From Nitrospirota bacterium (lineage in GTDB: Bacteria > Nitrospirota > UBA9217), in NCBI GenBank assembly GCA_046704425.1, contig JBJKRX010000018.1:20385-84384 (forward strand): a stretch of DNA of 64,000 bases, given 5' to 3'. Positions 8,549-17,995 of this stretch are shown here, piece after piece. Below the pieces are notes generated by a model. That model was given only the letters and a program-made list of their open reading frames with translations. It was not told the DNA's origin and did not search any database. The stretch's first letter is position 1; each line of letters opens with the position of its first letter. Made by a program: the position numbers and the translations under genes.

Positions 8549-8782
8549 CTACTGCGTCCGCGCTTTATGGCAGTACAGGCACTGTTCTTTCGGCGGATGC
8601 TTCGGGCGAAGGGGTTCCTTCCCCTGCGGTCCATGACATGCAAGACACGATGCGTTCGTTGCGGCGTTCCGATGCGCCGCATCGGCAGGCAGAAACGGGG
8701 CCTTCCGGCCGCGCGCGGAGAGGAAGAAGAGGAACACAAGGATGAGGACGACAGCAATCGGCAATCCGAGTTTTTTCAGCAT
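8549..8782 (-). CDS. Small membrane-anchored dihaem c-type cytochrome (77 aa)
   Basis: The product is MLKKLGLPIAVVLILVFLFFL (a transmembrane helix) followed by two CxxCH motifs (CLACH, CLYCH). GGGAG lies upstream of the ATG. Confidence 0.45.
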   Translation of the reverse strand: MLKKLGLPIAVVLILVFLFFLSARGRKAPFLPADAAHRNAATNASCLACHGPQGKEPLRPKHPPKEQCLYCHKARTQ

Positions 8783-8866
8783 GACGGGTCAGCTCCCGGG
8801 ACGATCGATCGCAGGCTGTTCCGCAGTTCGCAAATCGCCCCCGCCGCGCAGAACGGGGACAACGGA

Positions 8867-9673
8867 TCATTTGCTCAGTTCTTCGTAGGCCGTTGGCCGC
8901 CGGTTGGTGAGAAATCCCCAGGTGCGCATCGCTGCTTCGCGCTCAGCCGGATCGATATCTGCCATGACGATGGCCTCGGTGCCGCCTGCGCGCTCGGACG
9001 CAGGTTCTCCCCAGGGGTCGACGCAGAAGCTCCTGCCGTAAAAGGCGAGATCCCCCTCCTGCCCCACCCGGTTCACCCGAAAGAGGAACAGGTTGTTGGC
9101 AAAGGCACTCGCCGCAAGGGCGCGCTCCCAGAGCAGATGCGTGTCCTGCGAAGCGGCCGTGGGGGCAAGGACGATCTCTGCACCCCGCAGGGCCAGGATG
9201 CGCGCACCTTCGGGGAAAAGATTGTCCCAGCAGATCTGGATGCCGATCTTGCCCCGGGACGTTGCGAAGACCGGAAATCCTCCGTCGCCGGGGGAGAAGT
9301 AGAATTGCTCCCGGTAGTGGGGCAGGTCGGGAATATGGACCTTCCGGTACACGCCGAGCAGCCTGCCGTTGTCGAAGACCGCGGCGCTGTTGTAATAGTT
9401 CCCTGCTGCGGATTCAAAGAAGGGGACGACGAGGACGGTTTGCGAGGTTTCAGAAAAGCTGCGGAAGTCTTCCAGGGGCCCGTCCGCGACACCCTGTGCC
9501 AGCGAGAACAGCGACGGGTCTGCCTGCTCCGGGAACCAGGGCGTGAGAAACAGCGCCGGATAGCACAGGATGCCGGCACCTTTCTCGACGGCGACCGTGG
9601 CCATGTCGAGGGCGCGCTGGACATTGCGCTCCCGGTCCCTACCTGCGCTTATCTGGATGCCGGCGATTCGCAT
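8867..9673 (-). CDS. Carbon-nitrogen hydrolase family protein (nitrilase/amidase superfamily)
   Basis: The product begins MRIAGIQISAGRD and contains KIGIQICWDNLFPE. The layout is typical of a CN hydrolase with a Glu, Lys, Cys triad. Confidence 0.75.
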   Translation of the reverse strand: MRIAGIQISAGRDRERNVQRALDMATVAVEKGAGILCYPALFLTPWFPEQADPSLFSLAQGVADGPLEDFRSFSETSQTVLVVPFFESAAGNYYNSAAVFDNGRLLGVYRKVHIPDLPHYREQFYFSPGDGGFPVFATSRGKIGIQICWDNLFPEGARILALRGAEIVLAPTAASQDTHLLWERALAASAFANNLFLFRVNRVGQEGDLAFYGRSFCVDPWGEPASERAGGTEAIVMADIDPAEREAAMRTWGFLTNRRPTAYEELSK

Positions 9674-9706
9674 GGGAGGCCCCGGTGCAGACCGGGCAAG
9701 AGGACC

Positions 9707-12343
9707 TCACTTTCCATGACATTTTTTGTACTTCAAACCGCTGCCGCAGGGGCAGGGATCGTTGCGGCCGGTCTTTTTCCCGACGTGGACCGGAGCGGCC
9801 TTGACCGCGACCTCCTGCCCCCCGCCCGCGAAACTCAGGTTCGCCATCTGACGGCGCTGGCGACGCTCGATCTCCAGACCCTGCTCCTGGGCCGCCACCT
9901 TGATACGGAACAGGTTCTCGACCGTCGTCTCGACGATACGCTGCTTCATCTCCTCGAACATCTCGTACCCTTCCCGCTTATACTCGACAAGCGGGTCCAC
10001 CTGCCCGTAGCCGCGCAGGCCGATGCCGTCCTTCAGGTGGTCCATGGCCAGGAGGTGATCTTTCCAGAGATGATCGACTGCCTGGAGCATGAACACTTTC
10101 TCCAGGTGACGCACGACCTCGGCACCGATCTGCTCTTCTTTGGCTTCGTACTCGGCCTTGACCGCTTCCCAGAGGTTCCCGAGGAATTCTTCGCGTGCAA
10201 CCTTCTCGTGATCGGGCAGCGGCACCCGGAAGGAAAAGCGGGAGGTCAAGGCCTCGGAAAGACCGGTGATATCCCACTGCTCGGGGTAGGCGTCCATGGG
10301 GCAGTAGAGGTCGAACATGTCGTCGAGGAGCTGCTCCGCAAGGCCGAGCACGTCGTCCTTCAGGTCCCCGCCGGCCAGGATCTCACGCCGCTGCTCGTAG
10401 ATCACCTTGCGCTGCTGGTTCATGACGTCGTCGTATTCGAGCAGGTGCTTGCGAATATCGAAGTTGTGGTCTTCCACCTTCTTCTGGGCGTTCTCGATGG
10501 CGCGGGACACCATCCGGTGCTCGATCGGGACGTCCTCCTCCATGCCGAGCCGGCCCATGAGACCGGCGATGCGGTCGGAGCCGAAGATGCGCAGGAGATC
10601 GTCCTCCAGCGAAAGGTAGAACCGCGACGAACCCGGGTCGCCCTGACGGCCTGACCGGCCGCGGAGCTGGTTGTCGATCCGGCGGGACTCGTGCCGTTCC
10701 GTCCCCAGGATATGGAGCCCCCCGGCCGCAATGACCTTCTCTTTCTCCGCGGCGCACTGGGCCTGGAAGCGCTCGAGCGTCCGATCCCACTCGGCCTGAT
10801 CGAACTCCTTCCCCTTGAGGGCCTGACGCGTGAGTCCCTCGGGGTTGCCGCCGAGGATGATGTCGGTGCCGCGGCCCGCCATGTTCGTGGCGATCGTGAC
10901 CGCCCCGTAGCGACCTGCCTGGGCCACGATCTCCGCTTCCATCTCGTGATACTTGGCGTTCAGGACCGTGTGCTTGATCCCCTTTTTCTTGAGCATGGCC
11001 GCGAGCAGCTCGGACTTGGCGATGGAAATGGTCCCGACGAGGACCGGCTGCCCGTTCTTGTTTCGCTCCTCGATCTCCGCGATCGCGGCATGGAACTTCC
11101 CTTTTTCCGTCTTATAAATAAAATCGGGATTGTCCGCCCGGATCATGGGACGGTGAGTAGGGATCACGACAACGTCGAGATCGTAGATCTTGGCGAACTC
11201 CGCGGACTCGGTCTCCGCCGTGCCGGTCATGCCTGCGAGCTTATTGTAGAGGCGGAAGTAGTTCTGGAAAGTGATGGAAGCGAGGGTCTGGTTCTCGTTC
11301 TCGATCTTGACGCCTTCCTTGGCCTCGATCGCCTGATGCAGGCCGTCGCTCCAGCGCCTGCCCGGCATGAGCCTGCCGGTGAACTCGTCCACGATCATGA
11401 CTTCGCCGTCCTTGACCACATAGTCCACATCGCGGTGGAACAGGGCATGCGCCTTCAGCCCCTGGTGGACGTGGTGCACGAGATCGACGTTTGCGGGGTC
11501 GTAGAGGTTGCCGGCGTTCAGCAGGCGCTCGACTTTGATGTTGCCCTCTTCGGTCAGGGCCACCGTCTTGGTCTTCTCCTCGATCGTGAAATCCACGTCC
11601 TTTTTGAGGTTCGGGATGACGCGGTTGATCTTATAATACTTGTCGGTAGATTCCTCTGCGGGGCCCGAGATGATGAGCGGAGTGCGGGCCTCATCGATCA
11701 GGATCGAGTCCACCTCGTCCACGATGGCATAGTTCAGCTCGCGCTGCACGTATTCCGTGAGATCGAACTTCATATTGTCGCGTAGGTAATCGAAACCAAA
11801 CTCGTTGTTCGTCCCGTAGGTCACATCGGCGCCGTAGTTCTGCTGCCGTTCCTCGTCGGACAGGCCATGGACGATGATGCCCACCGTGAGCCCGAGGAAG
11901 GTATAGAGGGTTCCCATCCACTGCGCATCGCGGCGCGCCAGATAGTCGTTTACCGTTACGACGTGCACGCCCTTGCCGGACAGGGCGTTCAGATAGACCG
12001 GGAGTGTGGCGACCAGCGTCTTCCCTTCGCCGGTCTTCATCTCGGCGATCCGCCCCGTGTGGAGCACGATACCGCCGACCAGCTGCACGTCGAAGTGCCG
12101 CATCCCGAGCACCCGCTTCGACGCCTCGCGGACCGTGGCGAAGGCCTCAGGCAGGAGATCGTCGAGGGTCTCGCCCTCCGCAAGCCGCTTCCGGAATTCC
12201 ACGGTCCGGTTGCGCAGAGCTTCGTTCGAGAGGCCGGCCGCCTCCGGTTCCCGTTCGTTAATGCGATCGACGGTCTCCTGGATCCGTTTCAGCTCCCGGT
12301 CGTTCGCCGTTCCGAATATTTTCTTTATCACACCGCTGATCAT
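9707..12343 (-). CDS. secA: Preprotein translocase ATPase SecA
   Basis: The start was set at [20 protein letters not shown]. The product contains DEAD-like motifs and the C-terminal zinc site [23 protein letters not shown]. The RBS is GGGAGAG, and the ORF upstream of this start is discarded. Confidence 0.9.
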   Translation of the reverse strand: MISGVIKKIFGTANDRELKRIQETVDRINEREPEAAGLSNEALRNRTVEFRKRLAEGETLDDLLPEAFATVREASKRVLGMRHFDVQLVGGIVLHTGRIAEMKTGEGKTLVATLPVYLNALSGKGVHVVTVNDYLARRDAQWMGTLYTFLGLTVGIIVHGLSDEERQQNYGADVTYGTNNEFGFDYLRDNMKFDLTEYVQRELNYAIVDEVDSILIDEARTPLIISGPAEESTDKYYKINRVIPNLKKDVDFTIEEKTKTVALTEEGNIKVERLLNAGNLYDPANVDLVHHVHQGLKAHALFHRDVDYVVKDGEVMIVDEFTGRLMPGRRWSDGLHQAIEAKEGVKIENENQTLASITFQNYFRLYNKLAGMTGTAETESAEFAKIYDLDVVVIPTHRPMIRADNPDFIYKTEKGKFHAAIAEIEERNKNGQPVLVGTISIAKSELLAAMLKKKGIKHTVLNAKYHEMEAEIVAQAGRYGAVTIATNMAGRGTDIILGGNPEGLTRQALKGKEFDQAEWDRTLERFQAQCAAEKEKVIAAGGLHILGTERHESRRIDNQLRGRSGRQGDPGSSRFYLSLEDDLLRIFGSDRIAGLMGRLGMEEDVPIEHRMVSRAIENAQKKVEDHNFDIRKHLLEYDDVMNQQRKVIYEQRREILAGGDLKDDVLGLAEQLLDDMFDLYCPMDAYPEQWDITGLSEALTSRFSFRVPLPDHEKVAREEFLGNLWEAVKAEYEAKEEQIGAEVVRHLEKVFMLQAVDHLWKDHLLAMDHLKDGIGLRGYGQVDPLVEYKREGYEMFEEMKQRIVETTVENLFRIKVAAQEQGLEIERRQRRQMANLSFAGGGQEVAVKAAPVHVGKKTGRNDPCPCGSGLKYKKCHGK

Positions 12344-12379
12344 CGTCTTCTCTCCCGCCATCATGCTGCCGGTGGCCAT

Positions 12380-12410
12380 ACTAACATTTTCGGACGAGAT
12401 TTCAAGAGAA
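12380..12410 (-). promoter_or_regulatory. Putative secA promoter (TTGAAA-16-TAGTAT)
   Basis: It was read on the minus strand upstream of the secA RBS. Confidence 0.35.
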
Positions 12411-12504
12411 TAATCCCCGCGCACATGGCGGATGCGGCCCACGGGGCGGCTACGCAAGCCACTTATTGCTTGACAAAAAAAACTCTGCAGTGTAAAAACG
12501 ACGC

Positions 12505-12837
12505 ATGAAAACGATGCTGACGGACAGATCGATCTACGAAATGCAGGCGGAGGTCTGTAAGACGCTCACGAACCCCAAGCGCATCGAGATATTGAACACG
12601 CTCCGGAACGAAGAGAAGACCGTGAGCGAACTGGTGGCCGCGCTTGGCGCTTCCAAGGCGAACGTGTCGCAGCACCTTGCTGTCATGCGGCACAAGGGTA
12701 TCCTCCTGACCCGCCGGGCGGGAGTGAACATCTACTACCGCGTCTCGAACCCCAAGGTCATCGAGGCATGCAGCCTGATGAAAGAGGTTTTGTTCGAGCA
12801 GTATGCGGCACGTAGGAAAAGCACGGGCGGGAAATAG
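12505..12837 (+). CDS. ArsR/SmtB-family transcriptional regulator
   Basis: The product contains a winged helix: [50 protein letters not shown]. The upstream sequence TTGACA-17-TAAAAA suggests a near-leaderless transcript. Confidence 0.8.
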   Translation: MKTMLTDRSIYEMQAEVCKTLTNPKRIEILNTLRNEEKTVSELVAALGASKANVSQHLAVMRHKGILLTRRAGVNIYYRVSNPKVIEACSLMKEVLFEQYAARRKSTGGK

Positions 12838-12886
12838 GTACGACGCAACCGGGCCGGACGGACCGGCATCGAGCGAACGGACATAG

Positions 12887-12921
12887 AAAAACCCCGAGGA
12901 TGGGGGATTCCTCGGGGTTGT
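12887..12921. terminator. Bidirectional rho-independent terminator between convergent arsR-like and csp genes
   Basis: The hairpin is CCCCGAGGA-tgggggat-TCCTCGGGG. It is flanked by AAAAA on the plus strand, which becomes a T-run for the minus strand csp transcript, and by TTGT on the plus side. Confidence 0.65.
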
Positions 12922-12987
12922 CCGTTAACATCGAAATACGGTCGGACCGCGCAATCACGGCGGCGTAACGGCCGATCCCGCCGCTTT

Positions 12988-13194
12988 TCACGCATTCTTC
13001 ATCACGTTGGATGCCTGGGGTCCTTTCTCTCCCTGGATGACCTCGAACTCGACGAACTGTCCCTCCGACAAGGTCTTATATCCCTCTCCCTGGATGGCAG
13101 AATAATGCACGAAGACGTCCCGCCCGCCGCCATCCGGCTCGATGAAACCGTACCCTTTTGATTCATTGAACCACTTCACTTTCCCCGTCGACAT
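12988..13194 (-). CDS. cspA: Cold-shock protein (CspA family)
   Basis: The product begins [35 protein letters not shown]. It has an AAGGAGGG RBS and a roughly 195-nt 5' leader typical of csp genes. Confidence 0.85.
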   Translation of the reverse strand: MSTGKVKWFNESKGYGFIEPDGGGRDVFVHYSAIQGEGYKTLSEGQFVEFEVIQGEKGPQASNVMKNA

Positions 13195-13389
13195 AAGACT
13201 GACTCCCTCCTTGCTGGCTTTCGCCCCCAGTCTGCTCCGGAGACCGCGTGACGGAAATAGCAGTACGAAACCGGGAGCGGGCATCCTCTCAGCCCCCCAC
13301 ACCCGCCAGCCCGAGCGATCCCGCCATGCTGTCCGTGGAAAAAAAACGATATCGACACGTGGGAAGTCCGACGTGAAGACTGTGCAGCG

Positions 13390-14328
13390 TTAATTATTAA
13401 TATACTTCATCGGATTAACCGGCAGACCGTTCAGGCGGACCTCGTAGTGGAGATGCGGGCCGGTGCTGGAACCGGTATCGCCGACGTAAGAGATGATGTC
13501 TCCCCGCTTCACATGCTGACCGACCTTGACGTTGAGACGGGAGTTGTGCGCGTACACGGTCTTGATGCCGTATCCGTGACTGATCTCCACCATGTTTCCA
13601 TATCCGCTGCTGAAACCCGCCCGGACCACGATCCCGTCGGCAGGCGCCACAACCGGCGTCCCGGTCTGGGCAGCGATATCAACCCCCTCGTGGAACTTTA
13701 CGATGCCGCTGAACGGCGAGGTCCTGTTGCCGAAGGGAGACGTGATCCAGCCGTGGACGGGCCACCCCAACGGGGTGGAGGCGTAGAGCGAGCGCTTATC
13801 CTCGAAGTACTCCATGAGCGTTTGCAGGCTCGCCTCCTGCTTCGATGCCGCACCCTTCAGTTGGGTGAGCTCCTCGTGCATCTCTTTCAATGCCTCGTCC
13901 TGCTTCTTCTCACCCATGGTGGCCAGGTTCTGCACGGACAGTTCGTCCGGTCCCCCGATGCCGAGCACCTGCTGCGCCCGTCCCCGAGGACCCAGGCTGA
14001 CGACGCGCCGCAGCTTCGTATCGAGATCGCGCAGCAGGAACATTTGACGTTTGTAATCAATCAGATTGAGGGCGAAGCTCTGCACCTGCGCCTTCTGCTG
14101 CATCAACTCCTCGCGCAGGGACTGGAGCTCTCCGACCTTCGATTGGGCGTTCCGGTATTCAGCGAAGAGGTAGATGGAAAACGTGAGGGCGACTGCTACG
14201 GCAAGAGCCAGCGTCTTAAGTACGGTTTTCGAGATGCTGAAGGTGCGGACCCGGCCGTTCGGACCGGGTACCAGCATGACGGTGTAATATTCTTTTTTCT
14301 TTTTATTCCGAGACTTATCCAGCTTCAT
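13390..14328 (-). CDS. M23-family peptidase with N-terminal TM and coiled-coil (EnvC/NlpD-like murein hydrolase activator/endopeptidase)
   Basis: The C-terminal M23 domain reads HEGVDIAAQTGTPVVAPADG...GDTGSSTGPHLHYEVR. Confidence 0.8.
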   Translation of the reverse strand: MKLDKSRNKKKKEYYTVMLVPGPNGRVRTFSISKTVLKTLALAVAVALTFSIYLFAEYRNAQSKVGELQSLREELMQQKAQVQSFALNLIDYKRQMFLLRDLDTKLRRVVSLGPRGRAQQVLGIGGPDELSVQNLATMGEKKQDEALKEMHEELTQLKGAASKQEASLQTLMEYFEDKRSLYASTPLGWPVHGWITSPFGNRTSPFSGIVKFHEGVDIAAQTGTPVVAPADGIVVRAGFSSGYGNMVEISHGYGIKTVYAHNSRLNVKVGQHVKRGDIISYVGDTGSSTGPHLHYEVRLNGLPVNPMKYINN

Positions 14329-14443
14329 CCGTCCTCCGGAATCCACACGCACAAACTCAACTATTTAATAGCATAATCTGCGGAAAATTGTCAAGCCTTA
14401 AATTCCCGCGGGCGGGGGCGCGGGGTGCAGCGGAGAGGAATGC

Positions 14444-15088
14444 CTAGAGGGATCGCAGGATGCCGATGACCTTGCCGAGGATGCGGAATTCTCCCCCGCT
14501 GACGAGGATCGGCGGCATGTCCGCATTCTCCGGTTGGAGTCTTACGCGTCCGTGCTCGCGGAAGAAGCGCTTGACCGTGGACTCACCGTCCACGAGGGCG
14601 ACGACGATCTCTCCGTTCCGGGCCGTGGACTGTTCCCGCACGAGCAGCATGTCCCCGTCCAGGATATGCGCGCCCACCATGCTCTCGCCGCGCGCCTGCA
14701 GGGCGAAAAGCTGTTCGGAGCTCCGGAGCGAAAAAAGCGCAAGGTCCACCGCCACCTCACCCTCGCGGTTCTCGGGTGCGTGGACGGGCAGTCCCGCGGC
14801 GACACTGCCCAGAAGCGGCACCGTCGCTGACCGGCGAATTGTTCCGCGTGCGATCGTACCGCGCGATCGGCCCCGCTCGCGCGTAATGAGGCCCTGTCGT
14901 TCGAGGGCCGCAAGATGGCCGGCAACGCCGTTCGTCGAGCGGATATTGAACTCTTTTCCGATCTCGCGCAGCGATGGCGGGATGCCCCGTTCTTCCGTCG
15001 TCCGGCGGATGAACTCGCAGATCAGACGGCGGCGTTCGGTAATGTCGCCCGCGCAGGTCTTTGCTGGTCTTTTCGGTCTTCCCGTCAT
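14444..15088 (-). CDS. lexA: LexA repressor
   Basis: The product has an N-terminal HTH (LREIGKEFNIRSTNGVAGHLAALERQG), the Ala-Gly cleavage site (VAAGLPV) and the S24 peptidase motifs GESM...VKR. It starts 8 nt after the dinB stop. Confidence 0.9.
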   Translation of the reverse strand: MTGRPKRPAKTCAGDITERRRLICEFIRRTTEERGIPPSLREIGKEFNIRSTNGVAGHLAALERQGLITRERGRSRGTIARGTIRRSATVPLLGSVAAGLPVHAPENREGEVAVDLALFSLRSSEQLFALQARGESMVGAHILDGDMLLVREQSTARNGEIVVALVDGESTVKRFFREHGRVRLQPENADMPPILVSGGEFRILGKVIGILRSL

Positions 15089-15096
15089 GATGTCTC

Positions 15097-16326
15097 TCAG
15101 TACAGCCGGTCTCCCGCAGGCCGCCAGGCCGGGGAGAGGATCCGTTCGTGCGGGTGGAGGTCCATGAGCGCGGCCCAATTGACCGTGCGTTCGCCGTAGC
15201 GGTCGTTGATCTCGTCCATGGCCTGCATGAGCGTCTGTTGCCTGCGCTCGCCTGAGAACAGTGCGAGCTGGGCCTCGTCCCGTTCCAGGGCTGCGATGCT
15301 CACGCCCACAAGCCGCACGGGCCGGGCGGGTCGGACCTCCTGCAGGATATCCCGCGCCACCGCGGCAATGTCCGGTCCGAGGTCCACAGAGCGCGGCAGA
15401 CGCCGCTGGCGGGAAAAGGTATGAAAATCCGCGTACCGGAGCGTCAGGGTCACGGTCCGGCCGCGATAGCCTCCCCGCCGCAGCCTGCGGCCGACCTTTT
15501 CCGCGAGTTCCGATACGTACCCGGCAAGCAGGGCGGGATCGGTGCAGTCTTCGCGCAGGGTCATGCCGTGCCCCATGGATTTGTTTGGTTCGTCTCCCTG
15601 ACGGTCTGCGGGCTTGACGGGATCGTCGTCGATGCCCTGCCCCATCTCCCGGAGCCGCTCGCCGACGATCCCGAACCGGGCAAGGAGCAGCGGAAACGGA
15701 GCGCGGCCGAGTTGCCCGCAGGTCCGGATCCCCATTGCCGCGAGCTGGCGGGCCAGACTCGGGCCGACGCCGCACAGGTCCTTGACGGGCAGGTCTTCGA
15801 GCACGGCGGCGACGTCCTCCCGCGGGATGAGGACGAGCCCGTCCGGTTTCTGCATGTCGCTGCCGAGCTTCGCCAGCAGCTTGTTCGGCCCGATGCCGAT
15901 GGAGCAGAGGAGCCCCGTTTCCCGCCAGATGCGCTCCTTGAGTGCGACGGCCATCTGTACGGGATCGCCGAAGAGCAGGTCGCAACCCGTCACGTCGAGA
16001 AAGGCCTCGTCGATCGAGAAGAGCTCCACCAGCGGCGTATAGTCCCGCCAGATCGCGAGCAACCCCTCGCAGGCATCCGTGTACTTTGCGGAATCGGCCG
16101 GTACCAGTACCAGTCCCGGACAGACCCGCCGGGCCTCGCCGTAGGTCATGCCGGTCCTGACCCCGAAGGCCCGTGCCTCGTAGGAGGGCGAGAGCACCAC
16201 GCCGCGGTGCGCCGATCCGATCACGGCCATTGGCCGGTCCCGGAGCGCGGGGTCGGCCCGCTGTTCCACCGAGGCGAAGAAGGCGTTCATATCGATGTGG
16301 AGAATGGTCCGTTCACCCTGCCGCAT
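15097..16326 (-). CDS. dinB: DNA polymerase IV (Y-family)
   Basis: The product begins ILHIDMNAFFASVEQ and contains SIDEAFLDVTG, which are Y-family polymerase motifs. The length is 409 aa. Confidence 0.85.
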   Translation of the reverse strand: MRQGERTILHIDMNAFFASVEQRADPALRDRPMAVIGSAHRGVVLSPSYEARAFGVRTGMTYGEARRVCPGLVLVPADSAKYTDACEGLLAIWRDYTPLVELFSIDEAFLDVTGCDLLFGDPVQMAVALKERIWRETGLLCSIGIGPNKLLAKLGSDMQKPDGLVLIPREDVAAVLEDLPVKDLCGVGPSLARQLAAMGIRTCGQLGRAPFPLLLARFGIVGERLREMGQGIDDDPVKPADRQGDEPNKSMGHGMTLREDCTDPALLAGYVSELAEKVGRRLRRGGYRGRTVTLTLRYADFHTFSRQRRLPRSVDLGPDIAAVARDILQEVRPARPVRLVGVSIAALERDEAQLALFSGERRQQTLMQAMDEINDRYGERTVNWAALMDLHPHERILSPAWRPAGDRLY

Positions 16327-16555
16327 GCAAGATCCTCCAACGGAATGTTCCAGTATGGAAGGTGATGTCGTACAGCCCCTGGCCGTCGGTCACCGAAAAG
16401 TGGAACACGCGGGCGTCCCCTTCCCGGGTCTTCCAGGCGAGCGCCGTTTCCCGTATGCGAAGCTGCCTGCCTCTCCAGGAGAACCAGATCGGCCGGATCG
16501 AGCCGTTGTTGAAGACCGCGCAGACCGATATGGCTTCATCCACCGTGACCGTCAT
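16313..16555 (-). CDS. Small SOS-promoter-proximal ORF (about 80 aa), uncharacterised; overlaps the dinB start by 14 nt
   Basis: The product is MTVTVDEAISVCAVFNNGSIRPIWFSWRGRQLRIRETALAWKTREGDARVFHFSVTDGQGLYDITFHT.... Its ATG lies about 7 nt downstream of the -10, so the transcript appears leaderless. The composition is not the Arg/Ala-rich pattern typical of antisense artefacts. Confidence 0.4.
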   Translation of the reverse strand: MTVTVDEAISVCAVFNNGSIRPIWFSWRGRQLRIRETALAWKTREGDARVFHFSVTDGQGLYDITFHTGTFRWRILHAAG

Positions 16556-16562
16556 GGATGAT

Positions 16563-16591
16563 AGTATAGTGAACATTTGTTCACTTGTCAA
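16563..16591 (-). promoter_or_regulatory. SOS promoter TTGACA-17-TATACT with LexA (Cheo-type) box GTGAACAAATGTTCAC in the spacer (about 16568-16585)
   Basis: The minus strand reads cccTTGACAagtGAACAAATGTTCacTATACTatcatccATG. The GAAC-N4-GTTC palindrome sits directly upstream of the small ORF, dinB and lexA, which suggests an autoregulated SOS operon. Confidence 0.6.
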
Positions 16592-16618
16592 GGGGGAAAA
16601 TACGGAGGGAGGGATCCC

Positions 16619-17032
16619 TTACGCGGTTTCGCGGCTGCGCAGGAATTTCCCGAACTTCATGTCCAGCTTCATGATATGGGCGACGATCCAGTCCACGATC
16701 ACCTGGTTCGTGGTCGCGGAAAGATCATAGGTGCTGCCCTGGATGCGCGGGAGGGATGCCTGCTGCTTGAGCTCGGCGATGGCGTCGAGATACCGCTTGT
16801 GGTCCCGCTGCTGCTCTTCCAGGCCGTCGTACCCGGCCTCGCGCATGCGACGCTCCTCCTCGGCGAAATGGATCCGCGCATAATCGTCGAGGAACTGGAT
16901 GGTACCGTCGATCTCGGCCTTGCAGCGCTGCTGTTTGATCGCCAGGACCAGGTTATTGATCCGTTTGAACAGCTCTTGATGCTGGCTGTCGATGGTTTTA
17001 ATACCAATGCTCAGCGATTCATTCCATTCCAT
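16619..17032 (-). CDS. Bacteriohaemerythrin
   Basis: The product begins MEWNESLSIGIKTIDSQHQELFKRIN and contains HFAEEERRM and WIVAHIMKLD, the haemerythrin His/Glu ligand pattern. The start was set at MEW inside the longer track ORF. Confidence 0.8.
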   Translation of the reverse strand: MEWNESLSIGIKTIDSQHQELFKRINNLVLAIKQQRCKAEIDGTIQFLDDYARIHFAEEERRMREAGYDGLEEQQRDHKRYLDAIAELKQQASLPRIQGSTYDLSATTNQVIVDWIVAHIMKLDMKFGKFLRSRETA

Positions 17033-17162
17033 GCACACCCTCCTGCCGGCAGGTTTCTCCGGCTGCGGAATAGTAACAAGCAGCAGAGGGGAAGTCAAGC
17101 GGCTGGCATCGCCCCACGGACGGGTTTGACAGGGGGGACCGGAATACGGTAAGCTGACGATC

Positions 17163-17951
17163 ATGAAGTCTGCGGTCGAGATCTATAAGCTCCTCCCAAA
17201 AACCAACTGTGGGAAGTGCGGCACCCCCACCTGTTTCGGTTTCGCAGCCAAGCTCGCGGCAAACATGGCCGCGCCGGACCAGTGCGCGGGCATGACCCCT
17301 GCCGCGCGTGCCGAACTCGCGGCGAACGCCCGGGGCACGGCGGGCACCCCGGGCACGGTCTATGAACAGGCCCTGGAATCGCTCCAGCCCAGGATCCAGG
17401 CCCTGGATTTTCCCGCCATTGCCGCCCGATTCGGGGCGACGCTTTGCGGGCCCGATACCCTGGAGATCCGCTTTCTGAACGAGACCTATCGGGTGACCAA
17501 GGAGAAGGTCCGCGACGCATCAGGCAACGAGCCGCGTCCCTGGATCTCGATCCTGATCTACAACCACCTCTGCTCACCGAACCCGCCTCTGCCCGCGGGG
17601 GAGTGGATCACCTTCGGGTCCGTGCCTGCGTCCCACGCCAAGGACAAGGCATGGGCAGGCCACGTGGAGGAAGAGATCGCGCGCCGCTTTGTTGGAGACG
17701 TTCCGGGCCTCAAACAGGCCTGTGAGCGTTTCGGCGGAACGCCGGTAGCCTTTCCGGGCAATCACGACGCCGCGTACACCTTCCGTTTCTTCCCCCACTA
17801 CCCCGTCCTGCTCCTCTTTTACGATGCCGTAGTGGAGGAGAACTTTCCGGCCCAGTGCAAACTGCTCCTGGACAAGACCGCCCCCCGGTATCTCGACATC
17901 GAATCGATCGTGGTATTGGGGGAAGAGTTTGCGGGAAGGCTGACGGCATAG
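17163..17951 (+). CDS. Fe-S cluster domain (AcsC/RnfB-like N-terminal 4Fe-4S motif) protein with DUF3786-like C-terminal region
   Basis: The N-terminus MKSAVEIYKLLPKTNCGKCGTPTCFGFAAKLA matches the PF04060-type motif found at the CODH/ACS gamma subunit N-terminus. Confidence 0.55.
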   Translation: MKSAVEIYKLLPKTNCGKCGTPTCFGFAAKLAANMAAPDQCAGMTPAARAELAANARGTAGTPGTVYEQALESLQPRIQALDFPAIAARFGATLCGPDTLEIRFLNETYRVTKEKVRDASGNEPRPWISILIYNHLCSPNPPLPAGEWITFGSVPASHAKDKAWAGHVEEEIARRFVGDVPGLKQACERFGGTPVAFPGNHDAAYTFRFFPHYPVLLLFYDAVVEENFPAQCKLLLDKTAPRYLDIESIVVLGEEFAGRLTA

Positions 17952-17995
17952 AAGCACCGCACCCGGCGATCGGACAACCGGCCGGAGGGCCCTGC

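Noticed and set aside
8546-10654. 702-aa plus-strand ORF
   Set aside because: It runs antisense to secA and the CN-hydrolase gene. It has low-complexity Arg/Gly/Ala/Pro-rich composition and no recognisable motifs.
16327-16370. Second possible LexA half-site GGAACATTCCGTTGG just upstream of the dinB RBS
   Set aside because: It is only a partial match (GAAC-N4-CGTT) and is not a clean palindrome. It is probably coincidental.
16568-16585. Rex (TTGTGAA-N6-TTCACAA) interpretation of the GTGAACAAATGTTCAC palindrome
   Set aside because: The site also fits a Rex-like half-site spacing. However, the downstream genes are dinB and lexA, which makes a LexA Cheo-type operator the parsimonious reading. 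It is left as an alternative to test.
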